Shown here: positions 19,024-31,873 of the stretch, one piece after another
How the letters are laid out: each line of letters starts with the position of its first letter
How positions within the stretch are numbered: the stretch's first letter is position 1
Source of the DNA: Elusimicrobiota bacterium
GTDB taxonomy: Bacteria; Elusimicrobiota; Elusimicrobia; FEN-1173
Length of the DNA stretch: 55,772 nucleotides
Assembly (NCBI GenBank): GCA_022703335.1
Contig: JAKLDV010000002.1
Span: 1 to 55,772 of the forward strand
Direction of reading: 5' to 3'
The notes under the pieces: generated by a model
The model's database searches: none
Seen by the model: only the letters and a program-made list of their open reading frames with translations
What the model was told of the DNA's origin: nothing
Translations under genes and position numbers: made by a program

Positions 19024-20936
19024 CGGATGACCACCAACTGGCCTTTTTTGCGCGTCCAGCCGGAGCGGATGTCGTAATGGCTGGCCACATAATAGTAGAC
19101 GCCGCTGGCCACGGGTTCCCCATCGCCGTTGCGCCCGTCCCAGACGTATTCGTTGACAGGCAGACTCCCGCTCTCCCGAACCAACGCGCCGGAAAGCGTG
19201 TAGATCTGCACGCGGCTGTCGACGGGCAATCCCGCGAAGGTCACCGCCTCGTGTCTTTCATACGGTTTGAAAGGGTTGGGATACACCAACAGCACGCCGA
19301 GGGTCTTCGGGGCGTCGTTGAGGACGAATTTCAAGTCTTTGACCTTTCCCGGCTCCATCCGCACGGGTAGTCTGGCCGGCGAGTCGAGCCCCACCGCCGC
19401 CTCCACCGTGTAATCTCCTTCCGGCAGGGCCGTGCAGAAGACGCCGGTCTTCGGACTCACATGGACGACGCGGAGGTTTGAGCCCAGGGTGTTGTGGATA
19501 CGCACGACGGCGGGGACGGGACCATGCGGTCCGTTGGTGGCGACCCGGAGGAGGGGAATCCCACGGAGGCGGGAGAGGGCGGCCAGGACGTCCAGGCGGC
19601 CCGACCCGGCCCGTTCGTCCGGTCCCGGCCGTTCGATGTCCACCGAGGTTTGCATCAAAAGATCTTTCACCTGAGAGGCCGTCATGGAGGGGTTCGCCTC
19701 CCAGAGGAGGGCGGCGGCCCCGGCCACATGCGGTGTCGCCATGGACGTGCCGCTGTAGGAGGCGAAGGTCCCTCCCGGCATGGTGGAACGGATGCCGCTG
19801 CCGGGGGCGCTGATTTCCGGTTTCAACAGGGGCTGGCCCGCCCCCATTTTTTCCTCGCCGCCTGAAAAATACGCCACCGTGTCTTCTTCGGTGGTGGCGC
19901 CGACCGCCAGGACGCCTCGGACGTTGCCCGGGGAGGTCGTTTGGCCGGGGCCGCCGTTGCCGATGGCAAAAACAGGAAGCACCCCCACTTCCAGCAGGCG
20001 GTCCACAACGGCATCGAAGACGGCGTAATGCCCGTTGGCGCCGAGGGACATGTTGAGGAGGCGCGCGCCGTCGTCCGTCGAGAGATTGCCGTCGGGGTCG
20101 AGGGCCCACTGCATGCCGGCGATGACTTGAAGAAAAGTCCCGCCGTCGCTGTTCAAGACGAGCGCGCTCAGAAGTTTGGCGTCAGGCGCCACCCCCAGCG
20201 GTTCGCCGCCGGCGGTGTTGCCCACCAATATGCCCGCCGTGTGAGTCCCGTGGAACCCGGCGGCGTGCGGTTGAGAACCCGGCACCGGCCGGCCGTCGGC
20301 ATCGAACTCGGCCCATGCCGCGAGTTTTCCCTGCAGCGCCGGATGGGAGGCGTCCAGCCCGGTGTCCAGGTGGCCGATGCGCACGCCGGCCCCGGTGACA
20401 CCGAACATCTCCCGGGCCATCTTGGCCCCGGACTTTTCCAGTCCCCAATTGCCTTCCACGTTTTCCGTCCGATGGTTTTGGGGGAGGATGTCCGGCAGGC
20501 GCAATTGAAAATTTTCATGGAGAGATTCCACGCGCGGGTCGGCGGCCAATCGCCGCGTTTCCTCCGGCGTGGCCTCAACGGCGTAGCCGTTCAGGAGCCA
20601 CAAGTCCACGGGGCCCCGCGGTTCGGGGGAGACGGGAAGCGCGGAAGGGGCGGGGCGCGTTCCGTCGGCTTCGGCCCGGAGGACCGCCGCGGGAGAGGCG
20701 GAGACGCGGGGATCGGCTTTCCGGAAAGAATTGTCTCTTTTATAGATGACGATGATGGGTTTCTTGGATGGATCGTTCGAGTGAATGAATTGGGAGACCT
20801 GTGGCGACAACATCGCCGCGAAGGAAACGAGCGGGAAAAAATAAAACAGCGCTGCCAGCTTTAAGATGCGGAACGCCGCCCGTCCGGGGAGGGGAAGCTT
20901 CCAGGAAAAAAGACCGAAGAAAAACGAATTTTTCAT
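19020..20936 (-). CDS. S8 (subtilisin) serine peptidase with a C-terminal T9SS-type/FlgD-Ig-like sorting domain
   Basis: Catalytic triad blocks 'IGHLDTGLD', 'HGTHTAGI' and 'GTSMATPHVAGAAALL'. C-terminal 'VQIYTLSGALV...WDGRNGDGEPVASGVYYYV' is typical of por-secretion-tail/FlgD-like domains. Confidence 0.9.
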   Translation of the reverse strand: MKNSFFFGLFSWKLPLPGRAAFRILKLAALFYFFPLVSFAAMLSPQVSQFIHSNDPSKKPIIVIYKRDNSFRKADPRVSASPAAVLRAEADGTRPAPSALPVSPEPRGPVDLWLLNGYAVEATPEETRRLAADPRVESLHENFQLRLPDILPQNHRTENVEGNWGLEKSGAKMAREMFGVTGAGVRIGHLDTGLDASHPALQGKLAAWAEFDADGRPVPGSQPHAAGFHGTHTAGILVGNTAGGEPLGVAPDAKLLSALVLNSDGGTFLQVIAGMQWALDPDGNLSTDDGARLLNMSLGANGHYAVFDAVVDRLLEVGVLPVFAIGNGGPGQTTSPGNVRGVLAVGATTEEDTVAYFSGGEEKMGAGQPLLKPEISAPGSGIRSTMPGGTFASYSGTSMATPHVAGAAALLWEANPSMTASQVKDLLMQTSVDIERPGPDERAGSGRLDVLAALSRLRGIPLLRVATNGPHGPVPAVVRIHNTLGSNLRVVHVSPKTGVFCTALPEGDYTVEAAVGLDSPARLPVRMEPGKVKDLKFVLNDAPKTLGVLLVYPNPFKPYERHEAVTFAGLPVDSRVQIYTLSGALVRESGSLPVNEYVWDGRNGDGEPVASGVYYYVASHYDIRSGWTRKKGQLVVIR

Positions 20937-21153
20937 AATGACACCAGTTCTCCAATCTCGTTTCCAACAGAAGGGGAAGGGTAAAGTTCCGAAAGCGACT
21001 TAAAAAAACGGGAGGAGGCTCCGATCGGATTTGGAAGACACCGCTTCCGTCAGCAAGGACGATTCAACCGTTTGACGGAGGAGATGGGGGGCGGGTTCTC
21101 TGGAAACAAACCGGAAGGGGGCGTTGTTGGAGTTAGAGAAGAAGGAGGGGCAT

Positions 21154-21687
21154 ATGGCAAAAATCGTTTACTACGTCGCCTCCAGTCTGGACGGTTTCAT
21201 CGCCCGGCCGAACGGCGACATTTCCTGGCTCCGGCCCTTTGAGGGAACGGGAGAGGATTACGGGTACCGGGAATTTTATGATTCGGTGGAGAGACTGGTC
21301 CTTGGCGCACGCACCTACGAACAGATCCCGAGTTTGGGCGCTTGGCCGTATTCCGGAAAGCCGGTCCACGTGGTGACGAGCCGTCCGCTGCCAAGGTTCG
21401 ATCCGCGGGTCGTTTTCCAATCCGGGGATTTCCAGAAATGGGTCCCGCCTCTTCGGCGGGTGTCGGAGAAGAACATTTGGCTGGTGGGCGGCGGCGCGTT
21501 GGCCGGGGCTTTCCTGCAGGAGGACTTTTTGGACGAACTGATTGTGAGCGTGGTCCCGGTCCTGTTGGGCGAGGGGATCCGTCTTTTCGGATCCCTGAAG
21601 ACGGCCGTCTCCTTGCGGTTGATGCGGACGCAGGAGTTTGAAAACGGCGTGATGCAGATGCGCTATCGGGTGCGGGGCAAGGACTGA
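21154..21687 (+). CDS. Dihydrofolate reductase-family protein (RibD C-terminal domain)
   Basis: 'MAKIVYYVASSLDGFIARPNGDISWL', 'LVLGARTYE' and 'IWLVGGGALAGAFL'. RBS GAAGGAGG. Confidence 0.8.
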   Translation: MAKIVYYVASSLDGFIARPNGDISWLRPFEGTGEDYGYREFYDSVERLVLGARTYEQIPSLGAWPYSGKPVHVVTSRPLPRFDPRVVFQSGDFQKWVPPLRRVSEKNIWLVGGGALAGAFLQEDFLDELIVSVVPVLLGEGIRLFGSLKTAVSLRLMRTQEFENGVMQMRYRVRGKD

Positions 21688-21777
21688 GACGGCGGGGCCG
21701 CGCTCGGCGGATTGAAACGCCCACTGGAAAATGTAGAATACACCGGTGATGAGAATGAGAAGAGGACGGGAAGAGGC

Positions 21778-23307
21778 ATGAAACACCTGCGCGCCAAGAA
21801 ACCGCTCAGCCTGTTGATGGAAGAGATGAAGGGCGAGAACCGCCTGCGCCGCGTCCTGGGGCCGGTCCAGTTGACCAGTTTGGGGATCGGCTGCATCATC
21901 GGTACGGGGATCTTCGTGTTGACGGGGATTGCGGCGCACGACAAGGCCGGCCCGGCGCTGATCGTTTCGTTCCTGGTGGCGGGGTTGGCCTGTATTTTTT
22001 CCGCTTTGTGTTACGCCGAATTCGCCTCCTTGGCTCCCGTGGCCGGGTCCGCCTATACCTACGCCTATGCCACGCTGGGGGAACTTTTCGCCTGGATCAT
22101 CGGTTGGGACCTGGTGCTTGAATACACGGTGGCCTCGGCCACGGTGGCGCACGGATGGTCGCACTATTTCCAGAACTTCATCGGGATATTCCGCCTAAAG
22201 ATTCCCGAGGCCCTTTCCCGGGCGCCGTTCGATTTCAGTCCGGAGCTGGGCCGGCTGGTCTCCACGGGCACGGTGATGGACGTGCCGGCCATCGTCATCA
22301 CCGCGGCCATCACCATCATTTTGGTCATCGGCATCAAGGAGAGCGCCTCTTTCAACACGGCCATGGTCGTGGTCAAGGTGGCGGTGGTGTTGTTCGTGAT
22401 CGTGGTGGGGGCGTTCTACGTCAATCCCGACAACTGGTCCCCGTTCGCCCCGTTCGGGTTCAGCGGCATCAGTTTTTTCGGCAAGACATTGATCGGTCCG
22501 GCGGGGCTGGGGGGGGAACCGTTGGGGATGATGGCGGGGGCGGGCATGATCTTTTTCGCCTACATCGGGTTCGATTCGGTTTCGACGCATGCGGAAGAGG
22601 CGCGCAATCCGCAGCGCGACGTGCCCATCGGCATCATCGCGTCGCTGGTGATCTGCACGATCCTTTACATCGCGGTGTCCGCGATCCTCACGGGGATGGT
22701 TCCGTACGACCAGATCAACATCGACGCGCCGGTGGCGGAGGCGTTCCGCGCCGTGGGGCTTCCGTGGGCGCAGTTCATCATTTCGCTGGGCGCCATGGCC
22801 GGCATCACCTCCGTTTTGCTGGTGCTGATGCTGAGCCAGCCGCGCGTCTTCCTGGCCATGGCGCGGGACGGCATGGTGCCGTCGGGCGTGTTCGGCGCGG
22901 TGCATCCGCGGTACCGCACGCCGTGGAAATCCACCATCCTGACCGGCGGCGTGGTGGCGCTGCTGGCGGCGTTCATCCCGCTGCGGGTCCTCGCCGAACT
23001 CGTCAACATCGGAACGCTCCTGGCTTTCCTCATCGTCTGCGCGGCGGTGCTGATCATGCGGAAGACGGATCCGGATGCGCCGCGGCCGTTCCGCTGCCCG
23101 TGGGTCCCGTGGGTCCCTTTTGCGGGCATCGCCACCTGTCTGTTGCTCATGTTTTCCCTTCCGACGGAAAACTGGTTGCGCCTGTTGGTTTGGCTTTTGA
23201 TCGGCTTCGTGATTTACGTCAGCTACGGCCGTCACCGAAGCATCCTGGCGCAACATCGCGCCCGGGCGGCCGCCCTCCCTCCACAAAAGACACCCCCGCT
23301 GAAATAA
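21778..23307 (+). CDS. APC-superfamily amino-acid permease (cationic amino-acid transporter-like)
   Basis: 'LTSLGIGCIIGTGIFVLTG', 'FSALCYAEFAS..PVAGSAYTY' and 12 or more hydrophobic segments. Confidence 0.85.
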   Translation: MKHLRAKKPLSLLMEEMKGENRLRRVLGPVQLTSLGIGCIIGTGIFVLTGIAAHDKAGPALIVSFLVAGLACIFSALCYAEFASLAPVAGSAYTYAYATLGELFAWIIGWDLVLEYTVASATVAHGWSHYFQNFIGIFRLKIPEALSRAPFDFSPELGRLVSTGTVMDVPAIVITAAITIILVIGIKESASFNTAMVVVKVAVVLFVIVVGAFYVNPDNWSPFAPFGFSGISFFGKTLIGPAGLGGEPLGMMAGAGMIFFAYIGFDSVSTHAEEARNPQRDVPIGIIASLVICTILYIAVSAILTGMVPYDQINIDAPVAEAFRAVGLPWAQFIISLGAMAGITSVLLVLMLSQPRVFLAMARDGMVPSGVFGAVHPRYRTPWKSTILTGGVVALLAAFIPLRVLAELVNIGTLLAFLIVCAAVLIMRKTDPDAPRPFRCPWVPWVPFAGIATCLLLMFSLPTENWLRLLVWLLIGFVIYVSYGRHRSILAQHRARAAALPPQKTPPLK

Positions 23308-23359
23308 CCGGACCGAGCGCCGCTCGGGGCACCGGCCGGACGTTTTTGTCCGGTCGGAC

Positions 23360-24463
23360 TTATTTTTTATACGGCTTGCGCAGGAAATGCGTGGGACAGT
23401 GGTAGCCGTCCGGGTTTTTGGAGAGGTATTTTTGGTGGTATTCCTCGGCCCGGTGAAACGCCTTGAACGGCGCAATCTGGGTCGCCACCGGATCCTTCCA
23501 GCGGCCCGAATCGGCCACCATCTTTTTGACCTCCTCCGCGGTCCGTTTCTGTTCCGGCGTGTGATAGAAGATCGCGGAGCGGTACTGGGAACCGATGTCC
23601 GGTCCCTGGCGGTCCGGGGTGGTGGGATCGTGCAGACGGAAGAAATAGGAAAGGATCTCCGCATACGTGATTTTGGTGGGATCGAACACCACCTGGACCG
23701 TTTCGGCGTGGCCGGTGTTCCCGGCGGACACGCTTTCGTAGCTGGGACGGTCCCTGTCGCCCCCGGCGTAGCCCACCTCGGTGGACGCCACGCCGGGGAT
23801 TTTGGCGAAAATGTCCTCGACGCCCCAAAAGCATCCGCCGGCCAGAGTGGCGGTTTCAAGTCTGGACGTCGGCGCCGGTTTCTCCGGTTTCCCGGATTTG
23901 GCGAAGAGGGAGCGATATTCCCCGTACCCCGTTTTTTCGAGATCGGCCGTCGGGATGAAACGGAGCGAGGCGGAATTGATGCAATAGCGCCGGCCGGTGG
24001 GTCCTGGCCCGTCGGGGAAAAGGTGTCCCAGATGGGAATCGCCGTGTTTCGAACGCACCTCGCGGCGCACCATGCCGTGGGAAAGGTCCGCCTGTTCCGT
24101 TATGTTTTCATCGGCCAAGGGTTTGGTGAAGCTCGGCCAGCCGGTGCCGGAGTCGAATTTGTCCAGGGAACTGAACAGGGGTTCGCCGCTGACCGCGTCC
24201 ACGTAAATGCCCGCTTCCTTGAAGTCCCAGTAGGCATTTTGAAAGGGGGGTTCGGTGAGGCTGCATTGAGTCACGTCGTATTGGAGGGGCGTGAGCCTTT
24301 TCTTCAGTGTTTCCGGAGATGGTTTCGTGTATTTTTCCATGGAGTCCCTCCTGGGGGGATGGTTGGGTTCCTGAGCCTGGGCGAAGAAAAAGAAGGAAGA
24401 CAGGAGCGTCGGCGTGACGGCGAATGAAAGGAGGACGGTTTTTAGGCGGGCGGAGGTTCGCAC
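23360..24463 (-). CDS. msrAB: Bifunctional methionine sulfoxide reductase, MsrB domain then MsrA domain, probably exported
   Basis: MsrB blocks '[26 protein letters not shown]' and '[10 protein letters not shown]...RYCINS'. MsrA block 'GGCFWGVE'. GTG 24463 gives the signal-like '[29 protein letters not shown]'. ATG 24340 is the alternative cytoplasmic start. Confidence 0.8.
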   Translation of the reverse strand: MRTSARLKTVLLSFAVTPTLLSSFFFFAQAQEPNHPPRRDSMEKYTKPSPETLKKRLTPLQYDVTQCSLTEPPFQNAYWDFKEAGIYVDAVSGEPLFSSLDKFDSGTGWPSFTKPLADENITEQADLSHGMVRREVRSKHGDSHLGHLFPDGPGPTGRRYCINSASLRFIPTADLEKTGYGEYRSLFAKSGKPEKPAPTSRLETATLAGGCFWGVEDIFAKIPGVASTEVGYAGGDRDRPSYESVSAGNTGHAETVQVVFDPTKITYAEILSYFFRLHDPTTPDRQGPDIGSQYRSAIFYHTPEQKRTAEEVKKMVADSGRWKDPVATQIAPFKAFHRAEEYHQKYLSKNPDGYHCPTHFLRKPYKK

Positions 24464-24464
24464 G

Positions 24465-26522
24465 TCATTTCTCCTGAAGGCGGGCGAGCAGCGCCTGGAC
24501 CGTCGTGATGGGTGCGGAACAGGCCGCGTTCTGACAGACATAGGCCGTGGGTTTTCCGTCCACCGGCCGTTTGTCTTTCAAGAGGGGGAAAAGTTTTTCC
24601 TCCGCTTCCTCCCCCGCATGGGCGAAGGAGAGGGCTTTGTTCGGGAAATAAGCCGCCTCCAGCGGTTCCAGAAACGGATGCCGGTCGGCTTCGCGCGGTT
24701 CGCCCGCCAGCACGATGGAGAGCGGGGGTTCCAGATGGAAATCCAGGGCGGCCAGGAGGGAGGGGTCTCCGATCCCGGCGCGGCCCGAGTCTCCGGAAAA
24801 AAGGCGCAGGGTCTTGTGGGCCATTTCCCGAAGTTCCGGATCCAACGTCAATTCATGCAGGCGCAGCAGGTTCATGGCGGCCACGGCGTTGGGGGACGGA
24901 AGCACGCCGTCTCCGGCCGTTTTCAGCCGGTCCGGCGCGCCGTTCTCATCCTCACCGACAAAGAAAAAACCGCCCTGGGTTTTGTCCCAGAAAAGTTTCA
25001 ACATCACGTTGTTAAGCACCAGCGCTTCCTTGGCCCAGCGCGTCTGGCCCGTGGCCTCGTACAGGTCCAAGAGGCCCGCCGCCAAAAAGGCGTAGTCTTC
25101 CAGCGGCGCTTTCCACTTCGCCTGGCCGCCGCGCCAGGCGCGGAAGAGGCGGCCTTCGTGGAACATGTTGTTGAGAAGGAAATACGCCGCCCGGGTGGCG
25201 GCAGTTTCGTAGGAGCGCTCTTGGAGGATTCTGCCGGCCCGGGCGAGCGTGCCGATCATGAGACCGTTCCAGGCGGTGATGATTTTATCGTCCTTGTCCG
25301 GTTTGACGCGTTTTTCCCGGATCTCCAGAAGTTTCCGGCAGAAAGAACGGCGCCTCTCCGGCCAGAGGAGCGGATCGATCCGGTGCCGGGCGCAGAAGGC
25401 ATTGTCGGTTTCCGTGATCCGGAGGACGTTCTGCCCGGCTTCAAAGTTGCCTCCGGCCCGGACGTTGAAATAGTCGCCGGCGAGCGGCCCGTCTTCCGGA
25501 CCCAGAACGTCGTGTATCTCTCGGAGCGTCCAGAGGTAATAGGATCCTTCCCGGCCTTCGCTGTCGGCGTCCTGGCTGGAGTGGAACCCGCCGGCGGGAT
25601 CGGACATTTCCCGGAGGACGTACTCCAGGGTTTCGCGCACCACCCGGGCGTGGCGGGGATGAGGGGCGGCCTGGTAGGCGTCCAGATAGGCGCGCGGGAG
25701 GAGGGCGTTGTCGTAAAGCATTTTTTCGAAATGCGGCGCGCTCCAGTCGCTGTGCACGCTGTAGCGGTGAAATCCGCCGGCCAAGTGGTCATAGATGCCG
25801 CCGGCGGCCATTTTGTCCAGGGTCAGTTGTACGTGGGACAGGGCGTCCCGATCACCCGATTTTCGCCAATAGCGCATAAGGAATTGGAGGTCCGAGGACC
25901 GGGGGAATTTCGGGGCGTCCCCGAACCCGCCGTGGAGGGGATCCTTCTGGAGGAGAAGTTCCCGCCCGGCCCGTTCGATCCCATGGGAGGAGAGGGGCCG
26001 CCCGGGCGCCGCCGGCCGGAAATTCTTTTTCAGTTGGGCGACGATCGCTGCGGCGCCGGTCCGGATCCGGGGACGTTCGTCCCGATAGGCCCGGGCGATT
26101 CCTTCCAGAAGCTCTTTCAGCCCGGCCTGGCCCGCCCGGTTTTCGGGCGGGAAATAGGTGCCGCCGAAAAAGGGCTCGCCGTCCGGCGTGAGGAACACCG
26201 TCATGGGCCAGCCGCCCCGGCCCGCGAAAAGCTGGACGGAGGCCATATAAAATTCGTCAACATCCGGACGTTCTTCCCGGTCCACCTTGATGCAGACGAA
26301 GTGTTCGTTCAAGACGGCGGCGATGGATCCGTTTTGAAAAGATTCGCGTTCCATCACGTGGCACCAGTGGCAGGCGGAATAGCCGACGGAGAGGAAGACG
26401 GGCTTGTCCTCTCTTTTGGCGCGGGCGAAAGCCTCCGGCCCCCACGGATACCAATCCACGGGGTTATCGGCATGGTGGATCAGGTAGGGGCTGATTTCCG
26501 CGGCAAGGCGGTTTGCGGCCAT
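24465..26522 (-). CDS. Thioredoxin-domain protein, DUF255/YyaL family (thioredoxin domain plus (alpha/alpha)6 barrel)
   Basis: '[43 protein letters not shown]' is the family signature. About 685 aa. Confidence 0.85.
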   Translation of the reverse strand: MAANRLAAEISPYLIHHADNPVDWYPWGPEAFARAKREDKPVFLSVGYSACHWCHVMERESFQNGSIAAVLNEHFVCIKVDREERPDVDEFYMASVQLFAGRGGWPMTVFLTPDGEPFFGGTYFPPENRAGQAGLKELLEGIARAYRDERPRIRTGAAAIVAQLKKNFRPAAPGRPLSSHGIERAGRELLLQKDPLHGGFGDAPKFPRSSDLQFLMRYWRKSGDRDALSHVQLTLDKMAAGGIYDHLAGGFHRYSVHSDWSAPHFEKMLYDNALLPRAYLDAYQAAPHPRHARVVRETLEYVLREMSDPAGGFHSSQDADSEGREGSYYLWTLREIHDVLGPEDGPLAGDYFNVRAGGNFEAGQNVLRITETDNAFCARHRIDPLLWPERRRSFCRKLLEIREKRVKPDKDDKIITAWNGLMIGTLARAGRILQERSYETAATRAAYFLLNNMFHEGRLFRAWRGGQAKWKAPLEDYAFLAAGLLDLYEATGQTRWAKEALVLNNVMLKLFWDKTQGGFFFVGEDENGAPDRLKTAGDGVLPSPNAVAAMNLLRLHELTLDPELREMAHKTLRLFSGDSGRAGIGDPSLLAALDFHLEPPLSIVLAGEPREADRHPFLEPLEAAYFPNKALSFAHAGEEAEEKLFPLLKDKRPVDGKPTAYVCQNAACSAPITTVQALLARLQEK

Positions 26523-26654
26523 CGTTTCCTCCCATCGCCGGGGATCCGTCCGTTCCTGAAACGGCGGAGGGGCCCGGGGCGTCCTTTTTAATAAAACAGG
26601 GAGGGGACGGGGGAGTTCCCAAGAAACGACGTTGTTTTTAGAGGGAGGAGGGAA

Positions 26655-28508
<1,854 letters not shown>

Positions 28509-28702
28509 TCAACCGTCCTTTTTGCTGTTCATGAAAATAGGGCGCCGGGGGCGGTCTCCTCAAGAGGGGACCGTCGCCGTTTTTTTCCCGAATGATGGAA
28601 GTGGGAATGGGGGAAAACCGAAGGCGCGTCGGAATCAGTGGCGGGGAAATTATACCAAATTATCGGGGGCGACCGTTCCTGGAGAAGAAGAGGCGACGGG
28701 TT

Positions 28703-31700
28703 CTATCGTCCGTCCGGCGGTCGGCGGCCGGTGGGCGGGGCCTGGGGCGGAGGGTCGTGTTCTTCCAGGAGGGGTTCGAGGGTTTCCAGGATGTTGTGCG
28801 GATGGCGGCGTTCGATGGGGATCAGGAGGCTGTAGGCGCAGGGGACGACGAACAGCGTGAGCAGGGTGGAGACGCACACGCCGCCGATGACCGCCACCGC
28901 CATGGGGACGCGGGTTTCGGCGCCCGGCCCCAGCGCCAGCGCCGGCGGCACCGCCGCGGCGATGGTGGAAAGGGACGTCATGAGGATCGGCCTCAGCCGG
29001 ATGGGACAGGCGGTGAGGAGCGCCCCGTGCACGTCTTTCCCCCGGGCGCGGACCTGGTTGGTGAAGTCCACCAGGAGGATGGAGTTCTTTTTCACGATGC
29101 CCATGAGGAGGATGAACCCGATCATGCTGTAGATGTTGAACGACAGCCCGGCCAAGCGCAGCGCCAGCAGCGCGCCGGTGGCGCTGAACGGCAAGGCCAG
29201 CAGCACCGTGAACGGGTGAAGGAAACTGTTGAATTGAGAACCCAGCACCATATAGGCCACGATGACGCCCAGCCACAGGGCGAAGAAGAGGCTCTGGAAG
29301 GATTCCTGGAACGTTTTCGCTCCGCCGCCCATGACCACGTGGTAGCCGTCGGGCAGCACCTCCTTGCCGATTTTCTCCACCTCGGCGAGGGCTTTTTCCT
29401 GGGATTTGCCCGGGGCGACGTTGGCGAACACGCCGATGGCGCGTTCCCGTTGGCGCCGCGTGATGTTCTGCAAGGTGGGCGTCTGCTCCAGGCGGACGAG
29501 TTCGGACAGGCGGATCCTCTCGCCGTGGTTGTTGCGGACATAGAGCCGGTTGATGTCCTCCGGCCGGGATCGTTCGGAGGGGACGAGGCGGACGCGGATG
29601 TCGTAGCGTTTTCCGGACTCGGTGAACTGTCCGGCGCGGACACCGCCGATCAACGCGTTGATGGTCCGTCCGATGGCGGCCACGTCCACTCCCCGTGCCG
29701 CGGCCGCCGCGCGGTTCGGATAGATCCGCAGTTCGGGTTGGCCCACTTTGTAATCGGTGTCCACGTCCAGCATCAGCCCGGACGCCTCCATCCGGTCCAT
29801 CACTTTTTTCACCGAATCGGCGAGTACGGCCCAGTCCGGACCGCGGATGGTGAACTCCACGGGGAACCCGCGTTGGGCGGTGAATCCGCGCGTGGACGGG
29901 TCCTGGATCACGGCACGGACGTCGGGGATCGCGTTCAGGGCCTTGCGGCAGAGCGTCATGAGTTCCTGCTGGGTGACGGGCTCGCCGGTCTCGGGGTTTC
30001 GAGGCCGGTCCTTGGGTTCCCTCATGGTGACGAAGATGATGCCCGAGTTGACCTCCCCGCCACCGAACCCGCCCACGGAGCCGAAATAACGCCGGACCTC
30101 GGGACGGGCGGCGAGGTAGGCCTCCGCCTTCTTGAACCGGTCGTCGGTGAATTCCAAGGACGAGCCCACCGGGGTCTGCAGACGGACGAGGAAAAGGCTT
30201 TGGTCTTGGGCCGGCACGAACTCCTTTGGGATCCCCTTATAAACGTAGAGCGAGGCCGAAAAGAAAAGAACGGACAGGAGGATGACCGTCCAGCGCCAGC
30301 GCAGGCAGATTTCCAGAACCTCCCGATACCGGCGGGCGAGCCAGAGGAACGCGGCCTCCACGCCGTGTCCGAACCAGGTGGTGCGGGGACGCACGTTGAG
30401 GAACTGCGAACAACGCATGGGGGTGAGGGTCAGGGCCTCCAGGAGCGAGAGCAGGACGGCCACCGAGATGGTGACGCCGAACTGGAAAAAGAATTTGCCG
30501 ATGATTCCTTTCATGAACGCCACCGGCGCGAAGATGGCCACCACCGCGGCGGTGGCCGCCATGGCCGCGAAAGAGATCTCCCGCGCGCCGTAGACCGCGG
30601 CGCTGACCCGCTCCTGCCCGCGTTCGCGGTGGCGTACGATGTTCTCCAGCATCATGATGGCGTCGTCCACCACCACGCCGATGGCGAGGGAGAGGCCGAG
30701 GAGCGTGAAGATGTTGAGGGTGAAGCCCAGAAAATAGAGGACGATGAAGGTGCCCAGCACCGAGGTGGGGATGGCCAGAAGGACGTTGACGGTGGAACTC
30801 CAGGAACCCAGGAACGCCCAGCAGACGAGGGAGGTGAGGAGGGCGGAAAGCACCAGGGTGAAGTTGAGTTCATGGACGGCGTCCTTGATGAACTTGGTGG
30901 AGTCGAAATTGACTTCCAACTCCAGGCCCTGGGGAAGCTGGGGCCTCAGTTCGTTCATCCGGGCGATGACACGGTCGGCTACGGCCACGGCGTTGGACCC
31001 GCGCTGTTTACGGATGCCCAACCCCACGGCGGTCTTGCCCATGGCGCGTGAAATGCGGCGCATGTCGTCGAGCCCGTCCTCCACCTCGGCCACGTCGCCC
31101 AGTTTGATCGGAACATAGACCGGCGAGCCCCCCCGTTGAGTCAGGATGAGTTTGCGGAATTCCTGGACGGAGGCGGCTTCCCCCATGGAACGGACGTTGA
31201 GTTCCTGCGGGCCGGTGTCCATGATGCCGGCGGGCACCTCCGCGTGCTGGTTGGCGACGGCGGAGAGGATGTCGTCCACCGTCATCTCTTTGGCCGACAG
31301 TTTGTCGGCGTTCACCCAGACACGGAGGTTCCGGGCCGTGAAACCTCCCATGAACACCTCGCCCACGCCGGGGATCGTCTGGAATTTTTCCCTCAGATGT
31401 TCGTCGGCGTAAAGCATGAGGTCTTTGACGGGGCGGTCTCCCGAAAGCGATATCCACACGATGGGCTGGTCTTCGGGGTTGGACTTGGTGATGACGGGCG
31501 GGTCGATGTCGCGCGGCAGGCGGCGCTGTGCCTGGGCGACTTTGGTCTGCACTTCCTGGAGGGCGGCGTCGATGTCGCGGTTCAACTCGAACTCGATGGT
31601 GAGGGAGGCGTTCCCCTGCCGGCTGGAGGAGGAGACTTCCCGGATCCCCTCCACCGACATGATCGCGTCCTCGAGCACGTCCACCACGTTGGCCTCCACG

Positions 31701-31873
31701 ACTTCCGGGGCCGCGCCTTCCCAGGTCACGCGCACGTTGAGCACGGGGAAATCCACGTCGGGCATTTGGCTCACGCCCATGCGCGAGAATCCGATGGCGC
31801 CGAAAAGCATCAGGGCGAACATCAGCATCCAGGCGAAGACGGGGTTTTTTATGGAAAGGTCGGAGAGCTTCAT
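28703..31873 (-). CDS. RND efflux transporter permease (AcrB/HAE family)
   Basis: 'SIKNPVFAWMLMFALMLFG', 1056 aa, two large periplasmic loops and 12 TM segments. Confidence 0.9.
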   Translation of the reverse strand: MKLSDLSIKNPVFAWMLMFALMLFGAIGFSRMGVSQMPDVDFPVLNVRVTWEGAAPEVVEANVVDVLEDAIMSVEGIREVSSSSRQGNASLTIEFELNRDIDAALQEVQTKVAQAQRRLPRDIDPPVITKSNPEDQPIVWISLSGDRPVKDLMLYADEHLREKFQTIPGVGEVFMGGFTARNLRVWVNADKLSAKEMTVDDILSAVANQHAEVPAGIMDTGPQELNVRSMGEAASVQEFRKLILTQRGGSPVYVPIKLGDVAEVEDGLDDMRRISRAMGKTAVGLGIRKQRGSNAVAVADRVIARMNELRPQLPQGLELEVNFDSTKFIKDAVHELNFTLVLSALLTSLVCWAFLGSWSSTVNVLLAIPTSVLGTFIVLYFLGFTLNIFTLLGLSLAIGVVVDDAIMMLENIVRHRERGQERVSAAVYGAREISFAAMAATAAVVAIFAPVAFMKGIIGKFFFQFGVTISVAVLLSLLEALTLTPMRCSQFLNVRPRTTWFGHGVEAAFLWLARRYREVLEICLRWRWTVILLSVLFFSASLYVYKGIPKEFVPAQDQSLFLVRLQTPVGSSLEFTDDRFKKAEAYLAARPEVRRYFGSVGGFGGGEVNSGIIFVTMREPKDRPRNPETGEPVTQQELMTLCRKALNAIPDVRAVIQDPSTRGFTAQRGFPVEFTIRGPDWAVLADSVKKVMDRMEASGLMLDVDTDYKVGQPELRIYPNRAAAAARGVDVAAIGRTINALIGGVRAGQFTESGKRYDIRVRLVPSERSRPEDINRLYVRNNHGERIRLSELVRLEQTPTLQNITRRQRERAIGVFANVAPGKSQEKALAEVEKIGKEVLPDGYHVVMGGGAKTFQESFQSLFFALWLGVIVAYMVLGSQFNSFLHPFTVLLALPFSATGALLALRLAGLSFNIYSMIGFILLMGIVKKNSILLVDFTNQVRARGKDVHGALLTACPIRLRPILMTSLSTIAAAVPPALALGPGAETRVPMAVAVIGGVCVSTLLTLFVVPCAYSLLIPIERRHPHNILETLEPLLEEHDPPPQAPPTGRRPPDGR

